45,632 nt of DNA from Welwitschia mirabilis (GCA_051453625.1 JBOZIK010000001.1:37922979-37968610); one strand, 5' to 3'. Positions 26,841-39,357 are shown, counted from the first letter of the stretch. Made by a program: numbers and translations. The notes: generated by a model not told the origin, from the sequence alone.

Positions 26841-29800
26841 CTTTATCATTAGTGCTAGATAAAGCATTCTAAAATACAGGGAGTGATTTTACTTAGGTGA
26901 TCAAAGATAGACCTAAAATAATAAATGTAGCTAATATTGTATGCTTTTCTAATTTAAATTACCTTAAACGTAATGAATTTAATTTGTTTTTTTTTAAAAG
27001 ATGTTTTGTAAATTTATTATTATGAGAATTTATTAACTTAGAATTTATAATTTCACAACTTTTAAAAATTTCCTATATGAGGTATATCACAAGGAGAGGT
27101 ATGTTTAATAAGTGTTCCTAATACCATTAATAGCTCAAAGTATCCTTTAAAAATAGTTTTTGCAATATGAATTTTATTTATGCTACTTTTATTTAGCAAG
27201 CATTTTAATACCTTTAGTTATGTAGTATTAAGAATAGATTATCTATTAACAGTTGGTAGAGAAAACTATAATAAATAAACCTAGTATTAAAAAACTTAAT
27301 TAGCTTAGTTTTAACTCTTTCTTTCTTTATCATTTTGAATTTAACTTTAACCAGAGGCTCAAGAGTTTAAGTAACATCAGCTTATTCTTTAGCTCAAAAA
27401 ACTTACCTCTATTAGATCCTATAATAGTGCTAAAAATAGAAGATTTTTTAATTTTTTAATTAATTGAATTAAAATAAAAGATTTATCTCTTATTAGAAGA
27501 ACACTAGTAGTATAGTAAAAACTTATAATATAAGAGCTATTTCAAGTACCTTTAAAAGTCAAGAAATTTAACCACTATGATTGTTTTAGTCTTCCTATTA
27601 GTTTTACAAAGTGTGTTAAATATAACATAGAACTAAAACTAAGTGCCTTAATAATAATACAGTTATTCACTTAAATGCAAGATATTAAGACAAAGAATTT
27701 GAGCAAGTGTAGCATGAACAAAAATGAAGCTATAGTAAAATTTATTTAAAACAATTATAGAATGACTTCAATAATGCATGCAATGGTGAAAATAAATTAC
27801 TTTGAATAATGTATAAGATAATGAAAAGCATGTAAATTTTCAAAATGTTAGTGACATTAAGTTTTCTATTTAACTTATTTTCCTCTAGTTTAGGACCTAC
27901 TTTACAAAACCAAAATTAAAATTCTTGATGATTTCTAATTGTTATTAAATAAAGTTACTAAAATAATGCTGAACTCTTATTAAGATTTTTGAGTCAACTA
28001 TAAGTTTATTAGTATTAGAATGTACTAAATATTTCTAAATTAATAATATTAATCTTATGAAAATTTTCTAAATTCTAAACTAACATCTATAAATTTAGTT
28101 TCTCATCAAAATAAAATAAATTATTCATGCAAATGGCTAATAGAAATTAATGAAAATTAATATGGATTATGTCTAATTATTTTTCCTTAATAACCTTATT
28201 GAGGATTTCAATTAGAGTTTTAACTAATGGAAGATTATCATGTAGACCACTTAGTCTAATAGTTTGTCAAACTATTAAATCTACATATGATGATTCTCAT
28301 TTTACTATCAAAGGGTTTCTAAAGGAAAGAAAAGAGGTTATTTTCCTTTTAGAGTCTCTCTAATATCTTTTCTTACTCCACTTACTTTCCCCTTTGATGC
28401 CCCTATTGAAAGGTAGGGAATGATAAGAAAGAAAAAAAATGAAAAAAGTTATTTCAATATGATTACTTTCATCATGGATCATTGAATCCTCCTTACATTA
28501 AATGCTTATTTTTTATTTGTTCCTAAGTCTATTGAAGGTAAACTTAAAATAATCCATATGCACTTCTAGAAGCCCATAATCATCTTTGACAGTATCTAAC
28601 ATTCTCTTGATAGGAGATCTTAGGACCGAAGAACCATTTTGTAATCCAGAGAGACATTACCTTAGTGTTGGGCGGCATATGCTTCATTGAGGAATGACTA
28701 CTTTGTGATACAGATGCTTTTTACATCTTTAATATGAATTACTCTTTTTGTTAATAATTGCNNNNNNNNNNNNNNNNNNNNNNNNNNNNNNNNNNNNNNN
28801 NNNNNNNNNNNNNNNNNNNNNNNNNNNNNNNNNNNNNNNNNNNNNNNNNNNNNNNNNNNNNACTTTTGAAGTGCAAATTTAAGCCACCAACAATAGTTCT
28901 AAAGGAATTGGATAACATAAGTAGGCAATGATAATTAAACAATCAATATCAAATTATCATCTAGTTCATACTAATAAAGCTCTCTAAAAATTTGTTAATA
29001 AAAATGATGTGGAAATTTGTGGTTGTAATTTACATTTTAATTTAAGAGTATGTGAATCATCTCTGGTTCTATAATTATTGATTGTATGTTTTAAAAAGTT
29101 CAAAAGTAATTATAAGAAATGGGTTCTTACCTTGTTCATTACTTTTAGAATGAGCCTTCTGATATGCTTTTGGGTTTGGGGGAGGGAATCCCAAGTGGTT
29201 CTTTAACTATTGTCAAAAATGTTTGTGTTTTAGTTGTTAGGATTTGGGTTATTGTTTGCATGTTGTTTAAAAACATAGCTTTTGGATTTTCTTACTTCAT
29301 ATTGATTTTGGCTTCTTTGCAAGTTTCTGAACTTGATTAAGGGAAAACATTGCTAGTTCACATTAATCCATGTATAAAGGATTCTCGTCTTTCATTATAT
29401 GGGCTCGCATGTTGTGTACGTACAACACTATGGAACCATTGGTGAAATAGTATATCAAATGAGAATGTAAAGTTCTATATCCTTTTTGGAAACCTTATCT
29501 TAATGGATTTGTAATCCTAATACAATACAAGCATTATGTAAAATATATATCTAATATATGGATAAATTCATTTCTTTTAATCAATAATACATTTTGTTAT
29601 CTTTAATGTATACATTTAAATATACAATTGATTATCAAGAACTAGTCTTTGATAGATGTCTTATGTAAGGAATAATTAACAATAATATTACTAATTGTTA
29701 ATGGTTTGTTCTAAAAAATTATAGCTACATAGCACAAGCTTACATGGGTTCTTATAAACACAGGATTTCAATAATTTTAAAGCTGCATGCATAATGTTTC

Positions 29801-30194
29801 AAGGAGAATTTTTTTCTTTTTCATATACAAAAATTATTGTTTTATACATATAAAAATTATCATCCTCTGTTAAAGTATGCCAAATTTGAGATGTTAATTG
29901 AAGGATGTCATTAATAAGAGACTTATTACTAACTCCACATGATAATAATTTTCAAAGTCAGGAGATCGTAGCTTAAGATATTGTAGTTTTTTTTTTTTTT
30001 AAGTTTGGGAAAACTTTTTCGAGATTCAATCTCACAACTAATAAATCACAGAAGCATTGCTTTACTGTTAAGATATCTCTACATCTATATATTTAATTTA
30101 ATAACTCTAATCTAGGATTTAACAAACCAAAGCATTCTTTTTGATGAACAGCGTCCTCATTCCCAAGAGAAGCCTACGAAAGCAAGTTAGAGAA

Positions 30195-30345
30195 ACCCCA
30201 CGTCGGAGTTGACATGGTCAATTATGAAGGCATCTTACCTAACTTACCTACGAAAGGCCGCCTTTCTTCCAAAAATTAATAAATTTTTTCAATATCAAAC
30301 ACTGAAAACCACTGACGTTCCAACTAAGCCATGTCAACAAATCAA
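30195..30345 (+). promoter_or_regulatory. Candidate upstream cis-element cluster of the GLP gene (ACGT/G-box-like, W-box cores, TGACG)
   Basis: CCACGTC 30198-30204; TTGAC-ATG-GTCAA inverted pair 30209-30221; TGACG 30313-30317; GTCAA 30333-30337. A second CCACGTC lies at 30486-30492. Confidence 0.45.
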
Positions 30346-30520
30346 TCTTTAAGAACGGAATCTTCGCCACGAAACGCTAACGCCAACGTTGCTTTCTAAA
30401 CATAATCAAAGGAAGCCGGTAAGACTTGTTAAATTTTCATCCCATACTCTCAGCGTATTCCGTCGAAAAGAAAAGACCACCTAATCCACGTCCGCAATTG
30501 AACTCGTCGGCGCCGGTGCG

Positions 30521-30530
30521 CCTATATAAG
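30521..30530 (+). promoter_or_regulatory. TATA box of the GLP gene
   Basis: CCTATATAAG, with TATATAA starting 57 bp upstream of the ATG, followed by a CA-rich leader. Confidence 0.8.
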
Positions 30531-30579
30531 CCGAACGAGAGGCACAGAATCGCCATCCAACCAAATCCAAAGCCAAAAG

Positions 30580-31245
30580 ATGGCGAAGCTGCGAAAAGCT
30601 TGGCTAACGGCGCTGGCGGTGCTCTTGATGACGGCGGTGGCGGCCCACGCGGCGGATGAAGATCCACTGCAGGACTTCTGCGTGGCGAAGAACGATACCG
30701 GAATATTGATAAACGGCGTGCCGTGCAAGAATCCCAGCGAAGTAATGGCAGCCGATTTCAAAACGTCCGCGCTGGCCAAGGCCGCCACGCCGAGCGCACT
30801 TTTCGGAAGCGTGGTGACTGCCACCTCAACGACGAACCTGCCGGGTGTGAACACCATGGGACTTACGCTGGTGCGCATAGACTTCGCGAAAGGCGGAGTG
30901 GTGGCGCCGCACAGTCACCCGCGGGCATCGGAGGTAGTATTTGTCCTAGAAGGTGGGCCCCTGATCGTGGGCTTCATTGATACTAATAGCACGTTGTTTC
31001 AGCAGACTCTGGGTGTCGGGGATATCTTTGTGTTCCCTCGCGGCCTGAATCACTTTCTGCTGAACGTGGGAAACGGCCCCGCGTCTTCCATTTCCGGTCT
31101 GAATAGTCAGAATCCGGGCACTTCTCTGCTTCCTTTGACACTTTTCGGTGTGTCCCCTGCTATTCCTGATGATGTGTTGGAAAAGGCATTCAAGCTGGAC
31201 GCCCAAGAGATCGCCAGACTCCGGAAGGTGTTTGGTGGGTCTTAA
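30580..31245 (+). CDS. GLP: Germin-like protein (cupin_1, Mn-binding, secreted), 221 aa, intronless
   Basis: Hydrophobic signal peptide (~aa1-24); DPLQDFCVA box A; Cys34/Cys49 pair (NGVPCK); germin box 1 PHSHPRASEVVFVLEG (H111, H113, E118); box 2 GDIFVFPRGLNHF (H158); NSQNPG; typical C-terminus IPDDVLEKAFKLD. The ORF is uninterrupted and GC-rich. Confidence 0.97.
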   Translation: MAKLRKAWLTALAVLLMTAVAAHAADEDPLQDFCVAKNDTGILINGVPCKNPSEVMAADFKTSALAKAATPSALFGSVVTATSTTNLPGVNTMGLTLVRIDFAKGGVVAPHSHPRASEVVFVLEGGPLIVGFIDTNSTLFQQTLGVGDIFVFPRGLNHFLLNVGNGPASSISGLNSQNPGTSLLPLTLFGVSPAIPDDVLEKAFKLDAQEIARLRKVFGGS

Positions 31246-31270
31246 GCAGTGCGGCTCATCAGTATACAAT

Positions 31271-31364
31271 AATAAATGAGGTCAAAGAAAGCAAAATAAT
31301 GTCCTGATGTGGGCCAGTAGAACATGTAGTGCTTTTTCGTTTTTTTAGTGATGATAAAAATAAA
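31271..31364 (+). terminator. Candidate polyadenylation signals of the GLP gene
   Basis: AATAAA at 31271-31276 and 31359-31364, with T/GT-rich sequence downstream. Confidence 0.55.
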
Positions 31365-31396
31365 TCTCTTTTGTTACTTTGATGATCTAGAATTGT

Positions 31397-31441
31397 TAGT
31401 GGTTTGTCTAGGTGATTATAGTGGTTTGTCTAGGTGATTAT
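31397..31441. repeat. Perfect 22-bp tandem duplication
   Basis: TAGTGGTTTGTCTAGGTGATTA at 31397-31418 and 31419-31440. Confidence 0.95.
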
Positions 31442-32199
31442 GGTGAGTGTACGCTATGGTCATTAATAGTTTATGTTTTGACATTTATTTGTTAAAAGGT
31501 TTATTAAGTAGTTTTAAGTTTGACGGGCTCTCATTAAAACATTTATAATTTTTTTGTAAGATTTTATGTATACATTTTAAATTTTAAAAAATCTAAAATG
31601 CATAGTAAGTACAAGATTAAGAAGCCTATAACAAGGCAATAAAGAATCTCATGATAAGCTGATAAAGGCAATGTAACTTTAAAAAAAAAAAAAAAAAGAT
31701 CATGTGACCATGCAACACAACATCATAAGGAAAGATGAACTCTTTCAAAGTAATAAAAAAAATCTTTAAACATCGTTTTCTGCATGATCTTTGAGTGGTA
31801 TAAAACCACTATCAAAGTCTTCTCTTTGTCCACTAATTGTAGGTTTTGGAGGCTCTAGCATAAAGATCTGAACAAAAAAGATATCCTCTAAAACAATAGA
31901 TTCTAAGAAGGTAATGGTGAAACTAAGACCCATTTGAAAAATGCTTTAATAGCTAAAAAAGATAATTAACCTCCAACTAAATTTCTATAACCTAAGCGTG
32001 GATTTGGAAAGAAATAAGTTGCAAAGTCATAACCTAAAATCTTATATTTAGAAAAGTAGACTTATCAATACTTCAAAAACATAATTGTGTTAGTGTTTTC
32101 AAATTACTTAAAGGATGTAGGATTTGAAACACTTCCAAACAAATAAATAGTATATTACAAAATTTAGTAGATCTTTAAGAAGAATATGCTTTTAAGTTT

Positions 32200-35100
32200 G
32201 ATAAAATCCATTAAAAGGGTATAAGAACGTAGGACTAAGAATTTTGAACCATAAAGCAATAACAAGTAATACTAATACTATCTTAATTGTTACAAAAAGT
32301 GTAGGTAACAACTACAAATCCCATACGAAGAAGTTATAAGTTCTTCGTATGGGATTAAGTTCTTCATATCCATTAGCTCTCTAAATTTGAGGTATATTGT
32401 AATTTATCATGATGATTTTTAATGGATATGTATTCAAAACCATATGAAAGGTTTTTGTTCCAACAATTAAAAAAACTACCATCTTTTTATTGTATTAAGC
32501 TTACAGGTAAAAAGTAAGTATCTTGAAAATAAGATACATTACGATCTAAGAAATAAAGTATGCAAATTTTTTTAATAGCACCTCAGCTACCATAAAGTTG
32601 TTAAAATNNNNNNNNNNNNNNNNNNNNNNNNNNNNNNNNNNNNNNNNNNNNNNNNNNNNNNNNNNNNNNNNNNNNNNNNNNNNNNNNNNNNNNNNNNNNN
32701 NNNNNNNAAAATGTTTTTCATAAAACCCATTGATCATTTGAGTGAAAACATGAAAGAGGATCACACCCTTACTAAACTAATGAGCTATTAACTAAGGTCT
32801 TAAAATGCAACTAAAGTGCTAGTGAATGATAACCACTATGAAACTACTTTCTACAACATAGAAAAATGGATAGAAACATTGTGTTGAAATAATCTTCTTA
32901 TAAATCATTTTCTATGAAATCTAGAATCTTTTTAGTAAAATAGATCTTTGAATCTTGACATCCATTAGGAACATTAATGGAAAGGCTATCTTTCTAGCTT
33001 GGTTTATTTTTTAGATAAGAAATCTTTAATTAGTCAAAAACCAAGTTATACCATCATCTTATGAAGTCAAAACAATTAGTTAATTAGTTACCCCAAAAGC
33101 AGATACCTTTATTAAAATCAATCAAGAGGATTCAAACCTTTTTTTTTTTTTTTTGGGTAAGTAAAAAATCATCCATGTAACTCTATAAAATCCCCTTCTA
33201 TCATATTTACCTAGTGACATGAAATGAAGGATTTAAAAGGAAAAAGAAATCATTTACAAAGTCCATGTTGATAATATAATTTAGATTCTCACTACTATAA
33301 ATTTCATGAATAAAATTGTCCTACTCATTCTTATGAATAGCATGACATGAAAAGTCTACTACAACGACAAAAAGATAATGAGACTAAGAACTTCCTTGCC
33401 TTATAGATCTTTCAACAAGAAAGTTAAAACTAGCATCTCTTATAGTTGTAATATGAGCAACTACATCCTTGAATAAACAATTAACTATAAAAATGAAAAC
33501 TTTTCTATATCTTAGCTATTCCATGTAAGCTAAGATAAAGTTTCATTTAATTCTTTTAAGGTTTTTCATAAGTAAGTTTAAAAGAAACAACATCTTAATT
33601 ATTATCCTTTGCCTAAGTTAAACCTTCTCAAGTAGACACAACATTATTAAAAATTTATCGACCTTTAGCAAAATCATACTACTCAATATAAATAATATTA
33701 GGTAGAAACAAATTCAACATCTTAGGTAACCATTTAGCTAAACTTTTGTAAGCGATATTGAATAAATTAATTACTCTATAATTGGAAATGAAATGAAAAT
33801 CATCTAATTTTTTGAAAAAAGATAGATGACATCCTAATTCATATTTGGATGTAAGCTTTAGTTATGTGATGCTTTTTAACTATCCTAAAGTAATATTTTT
33901 AAATAATATCCTAATATTTTTTTTAAAAAAATTAAGTATAAAAACTATCATCCATTCAGAGGCCCTTATAAATAGTAATGTCAAATCAATGTACAATCGT
34001 AAAGCTTTAGGAATTAATGGGTTCTCAATAAAAATTTTCAAATATTACTATAATACTATGAAGTTAGAAATGTATGAAATGATCATCAAATTTTTAAGTA
34101 AGAGTAGACTCTTACCTTAGTTTAATTTTACCTAGATGGGACTTCTTTACAAAAAAGGAAAAATTCTCATTCTATTAAGAAGTACTAGTCTATTAGCTTT
34201 TATACTTTTCTAGATAAAATTCTATATAGATTTATATCTTTAAGGATTAGAAAGATATAATCTCATCTTATTTCTAATAAATAAGAAAGTTCTATTAAAG
34301 ACAAAAATATAATTTATTAGTCTTATGTATTCAAGTGATAGTTCACTCAATCATTAAATCAAAATAAGGCATTATAGCTCTAAAGTTAGATATCTATAAT
34401 CCTATAATTGATGTCCTAGGCACATGTGGAGGTTGTTCTTAAGAAATTTGTATTTCCTTAACATTGATTGAGTAAATTTAAAGCTTGTTATACATCTACA
34501 AATATATTCCTTCTCACTAATGATTTTCACATGAAGAGATTTACTACTACTAATGGCTTACATCAAGAAGATTTCGTTTATTCACATCTGTTTATTCTTG
34601 CTATGGAAGGGATTTCAACATACATTAGACATTTAAAAATGAAGTAAATAATTAGAGGAATCACTCTTGCTTATGGTTGTCAGTATATGCTCATGTCCAA
34701 TTTGTAAATGATATTACACTATTTATAAGGAATTTAGTTATTGACATTTTAGCAATAAAAAGCCTTTTTGATAATTTATCCTTAGATTTAACCTTTTGAA
34801 TAACATGAAAAAGATGTACTTTATGGATCCATAGTTAAAAAATCATGTACAAGTACAACAACAATTAAGTTTATTAGTTGATAAATGGTCTAAAACATAT
34901 CATATATTATCCCTCTCATAAGAAAGATTACAAAGCATTAATGGAAAGGAGTTATTTAAAGAATCACTAGTAAACTAAAAAGAGAAAAGATAAATTTAAT
35001 TTCACAATAGAATAGGATTGAGTTAGCCAAAGATTGTATGCGATCCATACCACTCCACCTCATGTCTTATTTCAAAGTGTTAAAATCTATTATTAACTTA

Positions 35101-35950
35101 ATTTAGTCTAGGGAAATAAATTTAAAAAATTTTTAAAAGTCTTAAAAAATGTACTATTAAATGGGATGACTTTTGAAAACCTAAATCGAGTGGAAATGTG
35201 ATATGAAACATTTTTTTCTTCTAATCTTTCTTTCCTAGGAAATCTTTTATGGCAACTTCACATTATTGAAAAGCCTTGGGTGACTATCATGAAGATAGAA
35301 TATTTATATGGGGGAATTACATTTAAAGAAACTCCTAAAATTATTGGTTATTTAAGGATATAAAGGGGTTTTAAAAGTATGAGAAATTAATTTTGTAAAA
35401 ATTATGTGTATTAAAATGGATAACCCCTTTGGAAGTAGCATCACTAATATTGTACAAATCAGGGGTATGCTCCTATGTCTAATTATGAGAAGGACCCTTT
35501 ACATCATTAATGGGTGAGTAATCTACTCATGCTAATATTAATATTACTTTATCTAGAGTTATGTAAGAATAAATTACCAATTAAAAAAAATTTAATGAAT
35601 AAGGGTTAACTTCTAGTTTAGATTGTGATTACTCTCACCTATAAGAGGATACATATCACATTATTAAAGGTTGCATCTTAAAAAATTATGTTTGTAAAAA
35701 GAGAAGATATTTTTCATGGAAAACCATGTAGATGCCATTTTGTGAATTGATGAAAGATTGGAAGATAGCTTAACTATAGAATAAGAAGAAGACACAAGCA
35801 TTATTCATTTGTACTTGTTACTACCTTTGGAAGTATCATGATATAAGGGTTTTTCAAAATAGAAAAAGAACCAGAATAATATTTATATTAAAGCCATAAC
35901 TTTAAAAATCTCATCTCCATGTGAAAGGATGATGACACTTTTGAATTTAT
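32200..35950 (+). mobile_element. Decayed L1-clade LINE, ORF2 (endonuclease? - RT - C-terminal zinc-finger region); ends approximate
   Basis: NRKALGINGFSIKIFKYY (~33995, =KAPGPDGF); ALKLDIY (~34377); GLHQEDFVYSHLFILAMEG (~34555, =GLRQGDPLSPYLFILAMEG); VQFVNDITLF (~34696, =LQFADD); RIELAKDCMRSIPLHLMSYFK (~35015); YLWKY-like (~35822). Confidence 0.85.
32317..32356. repeat. Near-perfect 40-bp palindrome
   Basis: AATCCCATACGAAGAA-G-TTATAA-G-TTCTTCGTATGGGATT: 16-bp perfect arms around a self-complementary centre, with one G/G mismatch. Confidence 0.95.
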
Positions 35951-36930
35951 AACCCCTAAGGCATGAATCATTCTCCATGATTTTAGTGTTATTTCCTTGA
36001 TATTATGTTTATAACTTTATCAAATAAGGTGGAAATTTTATGGTATGTTATGTTTTAGGATCATGTCTTACAAGCAATAAGTATCATCTTTAAGCATAAA
36101 ACGTTAATGCTTTCTTTTAGCTGAAATCTGTGATTATGAATAAGTAATTTCCAAATTTTTGCATGTAATTTTTTTAACCTAATGTAAAGTTTTCTCAGTT
36201 TCTTACTTTTAAACATCATTTTTCAAAATTTGATAAAAAACTTCTAAAATGTTTTGAAAGATGGAATTGGAATTTTGATAAAAAAGATTGTAGCAAAACC
36301 ATCTCATTTGAAGACCTTAGTAAAATTCCTAACTAAATAATTAAGAATGAATTAATGATCAAATCATAAGAATCCATTAAATTTAAGATTTTCTAATTAA
36401 AGAGAAGCATAACCTCTTTTAAATAAATTAAAATATTATTTACAACTAAAACTTAAATGTTAAGCTAAGAAAGTTTTCTCTTAATAATAGAATTTTTAGT
36501 AAAATATATTTTCTAGGAATTTGATCAATTCCTTCTTTTTAGCATCATCATTATCATGTTCCATCTATAATTGGACCAGCCACATGAATATGCTTTTTAT
36601 ATTTACTTATTAAGGTATAAATCTTTATTTATATCTAGATCATGTAGATCTCTTTTCATTATTCTTAAAAGAGCTAAATTAAAGATACTATAGAGTTACA
36701 TAGTAGAATAAACAAAATGAAGAGAATAAAAGAAGGGTTTTATTAAATCCAAATGTTACAAATCCATGACAATGAAAGAAAACAAATGTAAAGTGATTCT
36801 TAGTCCCATATTAAGCCTTAGTACATGACTAGGAAATGTTTGTTTCTTACTATTTCATTTTAATTTATACATGTAACTACTTAAACAAAATCCTAAGAAA
36901 ACCCTAGATTCAATGAATTTAGACATTTTT

Positions 36931-37773
36931 GTATATCCTTATAGAAATTTCCAAGCCTTTTAGATTCTTCTTAATACCTTCCACATCTTTCTAGGTTCCT
37001 TTATAAATGCTCCTGCATTAAACATCCTCTTTAAAAAATTAGCCTGTCCTAAAGTGAAAAATAAGTAATATCATAATATCAATAATGTTATTAAAATATT
37101 ACAACTTCATAAATGAAGATAAGACCTTCTTATAGACCATAGGATTCTTCTCTTTACCACACACAGAATCCATCCATATTTAGTCTATCTTCCATGATTT
37201 TAATATCACTGAATACAAGGAAAAATTTGTGATTGCATGCCATTCATCCCTATAATATCTCTCAACCAGTGAAGTTTTCTTTCTTTAAAGCATGCTTTTT
37301 TCCTTTGGCATATCTTTCATTTCATTAATCTTTACATAAGATATTTTCTTACTTAAGGTCATCTTTTTCAATGATGCTTAATCCTTACATAGAATTGATT
37401 TTATCTTTGATACCATTTAATGCAATTAAAAGAAAGTTGCTATAGAGTCATGCAATAGATAAAACATAATAGAAATAATAGAATAAGTATTTTATTATAT
37501 CCAAACTTTCAAAGCCATTATATGGGAAAAAAAACTAAATTTAAAGTAATTTCCATTCCCTTGCTAAATTTGCACAAATGACTAGATGATGCCTTTTCAT
37601 TAATCCTTTATTGCAATTTACACATCCAATTCCTTCATAAAAGTTCTAAGAAATTCTTGGATTTGATAAATTTATAAATATTTCCATATACTTCTAGAAA
37701 TATCCAAGACTTTTAGAATTGTCTTAGTACACTCCATATCTTTCTAGATTCCTCCAAAAATGCTCTTGCATTA
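36931..37773. repeat. Diverged ~90-bp direct repeat pair (36931-37020 and ~37685-37773)
   Basis: tagaaatttccaagcctttt...tctttctaggttcct...aaatgctcctgcatta vs tagaaatatccaagactttt...tctttctagattcct...aaatgctcttgcatta. Confidence 0.8.
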
Positions 37774-39306
37774 GTATCTTCCTATGTCTTTTTTAGTTTT
37801 TTTCTTTAATACTTTCTTAGTACTATAAATCCATAAGCTCTTTAAATAAGTTCATTATTTAATCTACTTTAAACATAGCCATATTATCTTAATTTTCTAT
37901 GATAGGTATTAGATTCAAGAATTTTTAAAATTTTTAATATAAGCATTACTAATTCTGACTTATCTTGTGACATTAAGATTCATCTAATAATATAAACTTT
38001 TGCTACATTAAAATTTTTCTTTTAGAGCTTTTAAAAAGTCCAACAATTTGAGCAATAAGAAATGTGAGCCTAGACTATTATGCTCTAAAATTTTTGCTTT
38101 AATTTTATTAGAATTCTTTTATTACATAATAATTCAAACCACCTTACCTTTATTTTAACTATCAAACCTGTATTATATATTGAGAATATTTAGCACATTT
38201 AAGTTATGTTTGTAATAGTTAACTGAATATAATAAAATTGAATAGTACATTCATTCAACTAATTTGAATATAAGTTGATAAGGGTACCAAAATAAAAGGA
38301 TTAAGTNNNNNNNNNNNNNNNNNNNNNNNNNNNNNNNNNNNNNNNNNNNNNNNNNNNNNNNNNNNNNNNNNNNNNNNNNNNNNNNNNNNNNNNNNNNNNN
38401 NNNNNNNNNNNNNNNNNNNNNNNNNNNNNNNNNNNNNNNNNNNNNNNNNNNNNNNNNNNNNNNNNNNNNNNNNNNNNNNNNNNNNNNNNNNNNNNNNNNN
38501 NNNNNNNNNNNNNNNNNNNNNNNNNNNNNNNNNNNNNNNNNNNNNNNNNNNNNNNNNNNNNNNNNNNNNNNNNNNNNNNNNNNNNNNNNNNNNNNNNNNN
38601 NNNNNNNNNNNNNNNNNNNNNNNNNNNNNNNNNNNNNNNNNNNNNNNNNNNNNNNNNNNNNNNNNNNNNNNNNNNNNNNNNNNNNNNNNNNNNNNNNNNN
38701 NNNNNNNNNNNNNNNNNNNNNNNNNNNNNNNNNNNNNNNNNNNNNNNNNNNNNNNNNNNNNNNNNNNNNNNNNNNNNNNNNNNNNNNNNNNNNNNNNNNN
38801 NNNNNNNNNNNNNNNNNNNNNNNNNNNNNNNNNNNNNNNNNNNNNNNNNNNNNNNNNNNNNNNNNNNNNNNNNNNNNNNNNNNNNNNNNNNNNNNNNNNN
38901 NNNNNNNNNNNNNNNNNNNNNNNNNNNNNNNNNNNNNNNNNNNNNNNNNNNNNNNNNNNNNNNNNNNNNNNNNNNNNNNNNNNNNNNNNNNNNNNNNNNN
39001 NNNNNNNNNNNNNNNNNNNNNNNNNNNNNNNNNNNNNNNNNNNNNNNNNNNNNNNNNNNNNNNNNNNNNNNNNNNNNNNNNNNNNNNNNNNNNNNNNNNN
39101 NNNNNNNNNNNNNNNNNNNNNNNNNNNNNNNNNNNNNNNNNNNNNNNNNNNNNNNNNNNNNNNNNNNNNNNNNNNNNNNNNNNNNNNNNNNNNNNNNNNN
39201 NNNNNNNNNNNNNNNNNNNNNNNNNNNNNNNNNNNNNNNNNNNNNNNNNNNNNNNNNNNNNNNNNNNNNNNNNNNNNNNNNNNNNNNNNNNNNNNNNNNN
39301 NNNNNN

Positions 39307-39354
<48 letters not shown>
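39307..39354. repeat. (AG)n microsatellite abutting an assembly gap
   Basis: Pure AG run, directly visible. Confidence 0.98.

Positions 39355-39357
<3 letters not shown>

Noticed and set aside
30426..31269. Overlapping and antisense ORFs (30426..30659, 30437..30667, 30522..30878, 30723..30980, 30946..31269)
   Set aside because: Shadow ORFs of the GC-rich GLP coding sequence, with no recognisable domains.
32323..32350. Resemblance of the palindrome to loxP arms (ATACGAAGTTAT / ATAACTTCGTAT), i.e. mate-pair linker contamination
   Set aside because: The match needs insertions in both arms, the arm order is reversed, the loxP spacer is absent, and symmetry extends into non-loxP sequence.
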